A DNA stretch of 64,000 bases, from assembly GCA_951406725.2 (NCBI GenBank), contig OX597837.1, positions 42,284,001 to 42,348,000 of the forward strand, read 5' to 3'. How positions within the stretch are numbered: position 1 is the stretch's first letter; each line of letters begins with the position of its first letter. Position numbers and translations under genes: made by a program. The DNA is from Octopus vulgaris. Taxonomy: Eukaryota. The notes below the pieces were generated by a model. The model was not told the DNA's origin and ran no database searches. It was given only the letters and a program-made list of their open reading frames with translations. This document shows positions 53,686 through 64,000 of this stretch, in pieces.

Positions 53686-54553
53686 CATATATACACACAT
53701 ACATATATGTACACATATAAATGCACACACACATATATATATACACATACATATATATATACATATGCACCTATATACATATATACATACACATATATGC
53801 ATGTATATATATAGATATACACACATATACATACACACATTCATACACATATATATACATGTATGTGTATGTCACGAATGTGCATGTATGTGTATACACA
53901 CACACATACACACACATACTTATTTTTATCATCCACTTTCCTCCATCTATGTAATTACTGAATAATTAGATTGTGTGTAATAAATATAAATTTCGAAAAA
54001 TGTTATAGAAATAGAAAATAAAACAAAATAAAACAAACAAAACAACACAAAACAAAACAGATGCTTTTGATATAATGTCCAACAACAAAATGGTTCACTG
54101 GGAACAATTGGTATATGATCAGCTATTATGTTCTGCTGTAGTAATGCATTAGAATATCCACCCTAGAAGAAAAAAAACCGATTTCAGCTTTTTAGACAGA
54201 TTTCAGAACTTCAATCTGCTCCAATGGCTTTGAATAAGAGAAGTTGATGAAATATTGAAAGTGTAAATGTTATTTCTAATGTGTGTGCATGTGTGTGTGT
54301 TTTACTTTATTTTCATTAGAGACAGGTGCTAGAAACAGTGAAAGAGATGGAAAGATCAATATATTTAGCTATAAAACAACGAGAATCGGAGAATTGCGAC
54401 AGTGGAGGTTAATAGAGCAGAAACAGAGCTAGCAATGATGTAGGAATCTATTGAAGTTCGTTTTATTTTCCTTTTTGGCATTTTATAATTTCTCTTTTTA
54501 TCGTACAACTCACGTACACACACCACAGAGAGACATGCAAAGAAATATATACA

Positions 54554-54584
<31 letters not shown>

Positions 54585-54601
54585 GAGAAACATGCATAGA
54601 A

Positions 54602-54632
<31 letters not shown>

Positions 54633-54659
54633 CACACACCTAGAGAAACATGCATAGAA

Positions 54660-54707
<48 letters not shown>

Positions 54708-55363
54708 CATATAATCTATATAATATATATATATACACACATACATGCATGATATTGTGTGTGTGTGTACATCTATGTATAAATGAAATTTCTAATAATA
54801 ACGCTGTATAATGTATGAGCGTACATGTGTGCGTGTGTGTGTGTGTGTATATGAAATTTCTAATATTTATGGAAAGCAGATGGAATGTTTTGACAGAAAT
54901 AATAAATATATAAACTTCTTTTGTCCATCCCTCATCAGTACCAGGAGAAAGAGAAAAACCTAAAAAAAAAACAAAAAAAAAGACAAAAATATATACACAC
55001 CCCACCTCACCTACCCATCACAGAAATTTTTGAATTTGTTGTGGAGGCTGTTGCGATACTGGGTGTGAATGAATGTGTCTGTACTTTAATTTTTAGCAAA
55101 CATTTTACACAAAATGGAAAATGGTTGCTTAGTCAACAATCAATGAGAGAAATTTGAACAAAGACAAAAATTATTAAAATATATTTAAAAAAAAAAAAAA
55201 AATTAAAAATATGTTGAATTGAAAATGAAATGAAAATATGAATAAAAAAAATATAATAAAATAAAAGTTACCATTTTTCTCTTTCTCCCAGAACACACTG
55301 ACGTTAATTTACATTTTAATTGAACATTTCTATTTATCATTAGCTCAAAGTTAAATGTAAGCA

Positions 55364-55495
55364 CACACACATGCATAGGAACACACACACACATACACAC
55401 ATGCATAGGAACACACACACATACACACATGCATAGGAACACACACATACATATACACATGCATGCGTGCATACACAAACACAGGAACACATGCA
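55364..55495 (+). repeat. About 28-bp minisatellite (ca)n-tgcatagga
   Basis: 3-4 units; a similar small array lies at 54530-54700. Confidence 0.8.
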
Positions 55496-55981
55496 AACAA
55501 ATGTGAAGAACGTAAAGCAAAATGATAGACAAATCGAATATTTATCCAATGAAGCATGCAAATTAGTTTGAACTTCATATGAGAGATTGTGGTTCAGAGT
55601 TGGAAGGATTGGCCAATATGAAATTCTATAGAAAAATCTAAGCTGTTTGGAGAAGGAAAATATTGGAGACGGAAAGGAAGAGAAAGAGAAAGAGAGAGAG
55701 AGAGAGCAACAACTGGCAGCAAAGTTTCTTCAATAAAATTTAATATTTTTTTATAAATTCTCGAATGATTGCCAAGCACCAGAAAGTTTTCGGCGAGGAA
55801 ATAGTTTTCATTATTAAAAATAAACAAGAAACACACACACACACACACAATGTGTAAATAGGTGTAGGAAAAAGAGTGAAAAAAAATCCCCCCATGGAAT
55901 GAAGAAATTTTTTTCAAAATTTGTCATTGTAGTCTCTCTGAGTTTTAGCATCAAGTGTTCCTTTACCAGAATGCAGTGTAA

Positions 55982-56157
55982 AGGTATTAAGTCGATTACA
56001 TCGACCTCAGTGCGTAACTGGTACTTAATTTATCGACCCCGAAAGGATGAAAGGCAAAGTCGACCTCGGCGGAATTTGAACTCACAACGTAACGCAGACG
56101 AAATACCGCTAAGCATTTCGCCCGGCGTGCTAATGTTTCTGCCAGCTTGCCGCCTTA
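55982..56157 (-). mobile_element. SINE family 2, 3'-truncated, flanked by a direct repeat
   Basis: cagaatgcagtgtaa at 55967-55981 and 56161-56175. Confidence 0.85.
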
Positions 56158-56310
56158 ATGCAGAATGCAGTGTAACCGTTGTTGTCATCATTTTGTTTTT
56201 GAAATGGTTTTGTCCCAGGCAAGGCCCGAGTCCACTATAACATAAAGAACGATAAAAAAAAAAAAAAAAAAAAAAGAAGAGGCCTATTGAGATGTTGATT
56301 GACAGAAAGC

Positions 56311-56525
56311 TTAACCCTTTAGCAGTCAAACCAGCCATATCCGGCCAGAATATTTAACCTGTTTTATATTGAAACTGACCAGATCTCGCCTCTCACCTCA
56401 GCCCTAAAACTAAAAAATCACATCACTGAAATCTCTAAACTACAAGATAATGCATGATTAATTCAAACCATTTCAAATAAACAAACATCGCATTTGACAC
56501 AATAATCTGAACACTAAAGGCTTAA
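56311..56525. mobile_element. piggyBac-type (TTAA) MITE, family 1
   Basis: TTAACCCTTTAG...CTAAAGGCTTAA. Confidence 0.8.
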
Positions 56526-56666
56526 AGGACTGAATTTCATAGTCCAGAGGAAAACAAGACGATTGTAGTAAATTCCAAAGAAGCATTAGTCCAACGGAAG
56601 AAGCTATTAGATTATAAAGACTTATGACCAACAGAAAACTCAACAGAGGAATGTTGCATCTGGGAA

Positions 56667-57053
56667 TGGATGGAAGCACTCCGTCGGTTACGACGACGAG
56701 GGTTCCGGTTGATCCGATCAACGGAATGGCCTGCTCGTGAAATTAACGTGTAAGTGGCTGAGCACTCCACAGACACGTGTACCCTTAACGTAGTTCTCGG
56801 GGATATTCAGCGTGACGCAAAGAGTGACAAGGCCGGCCCTTTGAAATACAGGTACAACAGAAACAGGAAGTAAGAGTGAGAGAAAGTTGTGGTGAAAGAG
56901 TACAGCAGGGATCACCACCATCCCCTGCCGGAGCCTCGTGGAGCTTTAGGTGTTTTCACTCAATAAACACTCGCAACGCCCGGTCTGGGGATCGAAACCG
57001 CGATCCTACGACCGCGAGTCCGCTGCCCTAACCACTGGGCCATTGCGCCTCCA
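56667..57053 (-). mobile_element. SINE family 3, full length, tail variant D, 10-bp TSD
   Basis: TSD catctgggaa at 56657-56666 and 57054-57063; CpG-rich, hence young; tail D fragments at about 33170-33310, 33640-33775 and 61575-61670. Confidence 0.92.
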
Positions 57054-57338
57054 CATCTGGGAAGAGATGTGGCATGTTTAAAGGTGTTGACAGAGAGCAG
57101 ACCAGAAAATTCATCATAGCAATGACTGTGGAAGCATTCATAGAAAAGATACAATGAGGATATATTTCTATGATAAACAAAAGACCTGTATGTAGTTAAG
57201 CATTTTGCACTGCTCGCTACCATCTCTGCCAGCTTGCCACCTTAAAGTAATAATGGTCTCAAATTTTAGTACAAGGCTAGTGATTTTCGGGAGAGGTGGT
57301 CATTTGATTAGCTCAACCCCAGTGTTCAACAGGTATGT

Positions 57339-57745
57339 AAGGTGGTGAGCTGGCAGAATCATTAGCATGCCGGGTGAAATGCTTTGTGGTATTTCGTCTG
57401 CCGCTACTTTCTGAGTTCAAATTCCGCCGAAGTCGACTTTGCCTTTCATCCTTTCGGGGTCGATAAATTAAGTACCAGTTACACACTGGGGTCGATACAA
57501 TCGACTTAATCCGTTTGTCCTCTCTGTGTTTAGCCCCTTGTGGGTAGTAAAGAAATAGGTATTTCATCTGCCGTTACATTCTGAGTTCAAATTCCGTCGA
57601 GGTCGACTTTGTTTTTCATCCTTTTGGGTCGATAAATTAAGTACCAGTTACACACTGGGATCGGTATAATCGACTTAATCTGTTTGTCTGTCCTTGTTTG
57701 TCCTCTTGGTGTTTGGCCCCTTGTGGGTAGTAAAGAAATAGGTAT
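57339..57745 (+). mobile_element. SINE family 2 head-to-tail dimer inside an older antisense SINE2
   Basis: Unit 1 at 57339-57560; unit 2 (headless) at 57561-57745; older minus-strand SINE2 pieces flank both sides. Confidence 0.8.
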
Positions 57746-58451
57746 TTATTTTATTGACCCCAAAAGGATGAAAGGTTACGAAATGTCTTTAAGCATATCG
57801 CACTGCACACTAACATTTCTGCCAGCTTGCCACCTTACAATAAAGTAATATTGCCAAAGGGAATGGCAGTTCCAGTGTTCCAGACAAAGCCTTTCATCAG
57901 CATTGAGATCATGGGAGTGGTGGTGGTTTTATAGCTTTTATACCAGAGTGGCTGGCAGCAACTTGATCAGGAATGCAAAACAACATGAAAGTGTGTACAT
58001 AGACAAGAAGTAGTGGGAGAGAGAGAGAGAGATATTTGGTGAAAGAGTAAGGAAAGGGAAATGAAAAGAGGAAGAGAAGTCAGGCAAGAGTGAGGTGGAG
58101 GGAAAAAATTAAAACAGCAATGTCACATCATTCTTTCTGGTACTTCTTTCAGTAAATGCAATTTCTTGACATGACAGACCAGGACCACTTGCACACATTT
58201 ATCTTTTATCTAATGCTTGTTTCAGTCACTGGACTGCAGCCAAACAGGACATTACCTTGAAGGGTGTAGCCAAAGAAATCAACCACAGTTACTTTATATA
58301 TATATATATATTCTAACAGTTCCTTTGCTGAACTGCGAAGTTATGAAGATATGAAAAAAACACTTGTTGCCAAGCAAAGGGAGGAGACAAACACAAGGAC
58401 ACACAAACACACACCACAGGTTTCCACACAGTTTCCACCTACCCAATTCAC

Positions 58452-58870
58452 GGATCTTTCCGGTTTGAACGGCAGTTTTTTCTAGCGGTGTCATATGAAA
58501 TTGTCACCCATAATTATGACCCTAGAATCGATCTATTGCATTTCAATCTGTTTTAGGGTTAGGGTCAGGATTAGGGTTAGGAGTGGGGGAAGGGTAACTT
58601 TTTTCATCACAAATGTAAATAAACCCAATCTGTTTCTTAAACAAGGGACATATTCATACGACACAGAATGTTTTTTTTACCTCAATAGACGTCACTGATT
58701 GGTTGAAATTGCAGAAATTGAAGAAAAAAAACAACAAATATCTTACAAACTATAGAATTTTCTCAATAAAGCCAAGAGAAAAAGATGTTTTATAAACACA
58801 TTCTACCAGTATACAAAGTTTAAAATCTTTTAGTTACCTGGAAATTATGTCAAAAACTGCCGAAAGATCC
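58452..58870. mobile_element. GGATC MITE copy 2, 8-bp TSD, nested in SINE1
   Basis: TSD caattcac at 58444-58451 and 58871-58878; the host SINE1 sequence rejoins when the MITE is removed. Confidence 0.92.
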
Positions 58871-60089
58871 CAATTCACTCCCAAGACATTGGTCAGCCCT
58901 GGTTACACTTGCTCAAGCTGTCATACAATGGGACTGCACCTAAAAGGAAGTAGTTGGTCACTTTCTTGTATGTTTTCTTTTCTTCAGTTCATTTCTCTAG
59001 TGTTACTTTTCATGAAAACCACAGGATGTCTTTTTACATAGGACAAATTGTCCACTCATACCACATGTCTATAACAGCGCAGATAAAACTTACAAAACAA
59101 GATTTACTGTTGCCAGATGGTCTTTCTGGTCCCAAAGTAATTTTATTTTATTTTCATCTAGTTTCAGCTCACGAGCTGTGGCCATGCTGGGGCACCGCCA
59201 TTCTGCCTGGCTCTCATTAGGTCTCAGTGGACCTTTTGTTGTCCCTCGAAGAAGAAGTGGAGAAGTAAGGCAATATTTACTTTTGTCCTTTGAACAATGA
59301 ACAGCTCAATGGTTGTGTATGCTTTCAAAGTATATTATAAACAATGACCTGGCCTGCACAAATAATGATGTTTTTACTCAGCAAGCAAACAACAAACATG
59401 CCTTAAATAGGAAATTGCTATTTATTTTCTACTGGAATTAATGAATAGTGATGTTCATGGTTATAGGTCTCCAATAGGTTAATCACAGGTTTACTGATGC
59501 ATTTTTGATAGTGGTGAAAATGAGAAGGAAGTGTCCATCACTCGGTGCAGAACAAACATCAGAAATTACTTCATTTGAAGAATACTGAGTTTTTTGGGGT
59601 TTTTTTCAGTTTTCTTACTCCTTACATTCGTTACTTAAAAGAGGCAGATAAGGAGAGAAAAAGAGGGGGGAGATAAGGAGAGAGAAAGAGGGAGAGGGAG
59701 GGGGAGATAAGGAGAGAAAGAGGGAGAGAGGGGGAGATAAGGAGATAAAAAGAGGGAGGGAGAGAGAGAGGGGAAGAGATGTGCTTTTGTGCAGTTTTCA
59801 TCAACCAAATTTTACTAACGAGGCGTTAATGAGCCCAAAAACTATAACAGAAGACACCTGCTCAATGTAGCACACAGTCAAACTGAATATGACAGCATGT
59901 GCTTACAAACAAAACCACATGGCATGGCTATGTTTATGCTGAAGTGAACATGTGGCAGACGTAACGAAATACAATGTTGTATCGCTTCATTTGTTTAGGT
60001 TAGCCACCGAAAATCCATCTTTGTTTGGCAAGTAGAATGGCCGGCTTTGTGTGTTCAACTCTTTGTTATGCAACTGAATAAGGTCGACG

Positions 60090-60270
60090 TTGTATACACT
60101 GGGAGTCTCGATAGTATCTCGCAATACCCATTGTGTACAGCGAATATACAATATCGACTTCCTACTACATGGTGAATTAAACCACTTCCCAGATGGTGCC
60201 GGGATTTTTATTCTGAAACATCATTCTTCTAGGTTTTACAATTATATTTCTTGCAGCTCATTGTTGCATT
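60090..60270 (-). pseudogene. Possible highly decayed Penelope-like Zn-knuckle/GIY-YIG relic
   Basis: Minus-strand fragments CKKYNCKT* ... CS..DIVY / ILYIRCTQ; weak and frameshifted. Confidence 0.25.
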
Positions 60271-60415
60271 CTGTGAGAACTGGGTCTTCATGATATAATG
60301 TTATTATCAAACAGTAGTCACCCCTGCACTTTTAAGTCATACTATTTTTATTAACTAAATTCTACTATATTCTTTTCTCAATTCTCTGCCGAAGCCGATT
60401 TTGTTTGCAGCATTC

Positions 60416-60447
<32 letters not shown>

Positions 60448-61042
60448 GGCCTCAGTTGATCTATACAAGCCATTTCTACACACCTAGTTTTCTTTAGAAT
60501 AACTAGACTACAGAAAATGGGCTGTAGAGGATTGTCTCCAGACTGGGAAATGCAAATGAAGAAAGCAGGTTTGCTCTTAGCAATGAATGTCACCTTTAGT
60601 TGTCGTGCTAGAAGCAGGACCTTGTCAAGGAGGCAAAAAGAAAAGTTCGCTTCACAGCCCCCATTGTTTTGAGTTCAGTCCCACTGTGTGACACCATGGG
60701 CAAAGTGTCATCTGCTTGCATGGGTTATATTTTCTATGGTTGGATGCTCTTCCTGTAGCCAACCCTCACCTGTTTCCAGGCAAGGTAACATTTCTTCCAT
60801 GGCCAAACATATTTTTGTGGAATACTGGAAATGAATGGGACTCATTTTCAACACTCATGCATGCAAGCATGCATGTACACAAGCACTCATGCATGGAACT
60901 TGTTTCTTTGGTTACTGTTACAAGGCTTTGGTTGGCCTGGGGCTATAAAGACAGTTTCCCAAGGTGCTACAGAGTGAAACTGAACCTGAAAACCATGTGT
61001 TTGGGAAGCAAACTTCATAACCACACAGCCACATCTGATTTT

Positions 61043-61442
61043 GGATCTTTTCAGTTTGAACGGCAATTTTTTCTAGCGGTGTCATATGAAATTGTCACCC
61101 ATAATTATGACCCTAGTATCAATCTATGGCATTTCAATCTGTTTTAGGGTTAGGGTTAGGCGTGGGGTGAAGGGTATCTTTTTTTCTTCAGAAATGTAAA
61201 TAAACCCAATTTTTTCTTAAACGAGGGACATTTTCATATGGCAGAGAATGTTGTCACCTCAATAAATGTCATTGATTGGTTGAAATTGCAGAAATTGAAA
61301 AAAACAACAACAAATATCTTACAAACTATAGAATTTTCTCAATAAAGCCAAGAGAAAAAGATGTTTTATAAACACATTCTACCAGTATTTTTTAGTTACC
61401 TAGAAATTATGTTAAAAACTGCCGTTCGAACCGAAACGATCC
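61043..61442. mobile_element. GGATC MITE copy 3, 8-bp TSD
   Basis: TSD ctgatttt at 61035-61042 and 61443-61450. Confidence 0.92.
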
Positions 61443-61930
61443 CTGATTTTAATAATTGCATGTTCAAAGACACTTGACTCTTTCTGTCTCCTTCTCTCAA
61501 TGGTTCTACTGATCTAACTATTACCAACTACAGTGGAGAAGCATATCTCAATGCTGAGAAATACTTAATACTACTGGAGTGCTCAACCACATGCACCTTA
61601 ATTTCAAGAGCAGGATGCTCCACTGACTGGATCAACTGGAATTCTTGTCATCATAACCGATGGAGTGCCAGTTATCAGCTTCAAGTTCCAATAGTCCCAA
61701 AAAATTATTCTATGTTCTCTTGAAGTTTATAAAGTCTAATGATGTCAACAAAACTGAAAGCAGTGACACTCTCATTCAGTTTGTACATGTCCATATTACA
61801 AAACTCTCCTTATGTACTTTATTTGGATGCTTGAAAATCAAATAAAATCTCTTGGTGATTAACACAAAAGCATAAAAATGAACAACGGATAGAATGGCAG
61901 AAATAATCTGTCCCTAGTTTAACATCAACA

Positions 61931-62804
61931 ACCATTACTTTTTAGGTGGTTTTAATAGAGATTATGTTCACATGGGTGAGGGCTCTGATTTGAGAATGAC
62001 TTCTTCTCACCCATTCTGGAGGCCCTGAAGAAAATAAAGGGTTATATATGCTACACCATTACTTTTTAGGTGGTTTTAACAGAGATTATGTTCACATGGG
62101 TTAGGGCTCTGATTTGAGAATGACTTCTTCTCACCCATTCTGGAGGCCCTGAAGAAAATAAAGGGTTATATATGCTACACCATTACTTTTTAGGTGGTTT
62201 TAACAGAGATTATGTTCACATGGGTTAGGGCTCTGATTTGAGAATGACTTCTTCTCCCCATTCTGGAGGCCCTGAAGAAAATAAAGGGTTATATATGCTA
62301 CACCATTACTTTTTAGGTGGTTTTAATAGAGATTATGTTCACATGGGTTAGGGACTCTGATTTGAGAATGACTTCTTCTCACCCATTCTGGAGGCCCTGA
62401 AGAAAATAAAGGGTTATATATGCTACACCATTACTTTTTAGGTGGTTTTAACAGAGATTATGTTCACATGGGTGAGGGCTCTGATTTGAGAATGACTTCT
62501 TCTCACCCATTCTGGAGGCCCTGAAGAAAATAAAGGGTTATATATGCTACCATTCCTTTTTAGGTGGTTTTAACAGAGATTATGTTCACATGGGTTAGGG
62601 CTCTGATTTGAGAATGACTTCTTCTCCCCATTCTGGAGGCCCTGAAGAAAATAAAGGGTTATATATGCTACACCATTACTTTTTAGGTGGTTTTAACAGA
62701 GATTATGTTCACATGGGTTAGGGCTCTGATTTGAGAATGACTTCTTCTCCCCCATTCTGGAGGCCCTGAAGAAAATAAAGGGTTATATATGCTACCATTC
62801 CTTT
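61931..62804 (+). repeat. Tandem array of a 122-125 bp unit, 7 copies plus a stub
   Basis: Units start at 61931, 62055, 62179, 62302, 62427, 62549, 62672 and 62794, and differ by only a few bases. Confidence 0.97.
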
Positions 62805-62845
62805 CCTACATGGCAAAGGACAAAAAACAAAAGAATGTTGAATAT

Positions 62846-63085
62846 TTCGTTTTTGGATTTGGTTTGCAAGATTCTTTATATGAGTTCGTGTGTTGAAGCA
62901 TATTCTGGTGTGTCTGGGGAGAGTCATTCTCTTTTAGTGCCTTAAGAGTCAAGACTATTGAAACGGTTGCAAGACGCAACAAAAATTTTAGAAAATAAAA
63001 ATAAGAAATAAGAGGAAATTTTACTGGTGAGTGTGTTAAATAATAAGGCACTAAAAGAGAATGACTCTCCCCAGACACAACAGAA
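62846..63085. mobile_element. Family C element with 5' inversion/duplication and 14-bp TSD
   Basis: TSD agaatgttgaatat at 62832-62845 and 63082-63095; about 43-bp inverted arms at 62902-62944 and 63044-63086. Confidence 0.8.
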
Positions 63086-63344
63086 TGTTGAATATATTTC
63101 AAATCAAATTGTTGAACATATCACACACAAACTGTGTAGTTGATAGAAATACTAAAATTTCAAAAAATAGCAAGAGTATTGAGTGTCAAAATGGTGATGT
63201 TATTGTTTGGACATAGATCAGCATTGATCATATCCTATGATCAAAGGTATTCCAGCTGTAACCATCTAACCCTTTTTTTTTCTTTCTTCCAAACATGATG
63301 CTTCTAGAACTATACCACCCAATGTATCTCTCTGGGGTTTTTTT

Positions 63345-63907
63345 TTAACCCTTTAGTGTTCAGATTACTCTGCCATATCATCATTATCAATGTTCATTTT
63401 CCATGCTGGCATGGGTTGGACAGTTTGACCAGAGCTGGTAAAGCCAGGAGGAGAAGAGCCCCACTCCAGGCTCCATTGTCTGTTCTGGTTTGGTTTTTAT
63501 GGCTGGATGCCCTTTTTAAAACCAACCATTCCATAGAGAATATTGGGTGCTTTTTATGTGGCTCCAGCATCAATTCTGGTGTGGCAGATGGGTCTTCTTG
63601 AATACAGCAAGGCACCAGATATCTCGGTCCCTAGTGGCCTTGGTAGTGCGGAGGCAGCATGTCAGTCTCATTATCAATCATGAAATCAGAGGAGTATGAA
63701 GGTCATGTCAAATAAAATGCTTATTTATTCACATTGTTTGGAATTAATCATGCATTATCTTGTAGCTTTGAGATTTCAATGATGTGACCGTTTATGTTTA
63801 GAATGACATTGCAGGGTAGGTTGAAAAGCCTGGATCTGGTCAGTTTAAACATAAAACAGGTTGACTCTCTTGGCTAGATATGGCTGGTTTAAATGCTAAA
63901 GGGTTAA
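63345..63907. mobile_element. piggyBac-type MITE family 1 split by an RTE-like tail (about 63376-63705)
   Basis: The two halves rejoin to match 51441-51669; TTAA at both ends. Confidence 0.82.
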
Positions 63908-64000
63908 AGACAATAAAATATAAATTGAAGGTGATTTGGTTGCCATGTCTAGCAGGGTGAGCTAACACAAAGAGATTCTCTTGTTAGTGGTCAAATATAT

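Noticed and set aside
54915-54950. Minus-strand CTGATGAG motif
   Set aside because: No stem II partner or GAAA.
57860-57910. Minus-strand CTGATGAAAGGCTTTGTCTGGAAC hammerhead-like stretch
   Set aside because: Stem II is plausible, but GAAA is altered and no convincing stem I or III forms.
61931-62804. 124-bp array as a CRISPR array or hammerhead satellite
   Set aside because: No unique spacers and a eukaryotic context. CTGAAGA is present but has no stem II, downstream GAAA or closing stem I.

Overview
This is AT-rich, repeat-saturated animal DNA, very likely an octopus (Octopus sp.) intron or intergenic region, judged from the tRNA-derived SINE families, RTE-like tails and very long (TA)n/(CA)n tracts. 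I find no supportable host protein-coding exon; nearly all listed ORFs are microsatellite or TE artefacts. Contents: three abundant tRNA-headed SINE families with swapped modules, many 3' tails of an RTE-like LINE, decayed relics of mariner, Tx1/L1-like, RTE-like and Penelope-like ORFs, TTAA/piggyBac-type MITEs, an 8-bp-TSD MITE carrying TTAGGG repeats, Helentron-type (HINE/DINE-like) elements and a young 124-bp tandem array. The most notable signal is a set of short non-coding elements lodged in (TA)n tracts. Two form head-to-head palindromes (138-bp and 313-bp arms) with a type I hammerhead ribozyme in each arm, two further solo degenerate hammerheads are present, and a Penelope-like ORF relic lies in the same window. 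Together these suggest several families of hammerhead-bearing, Penelope-mobilised fold-back retroelements.
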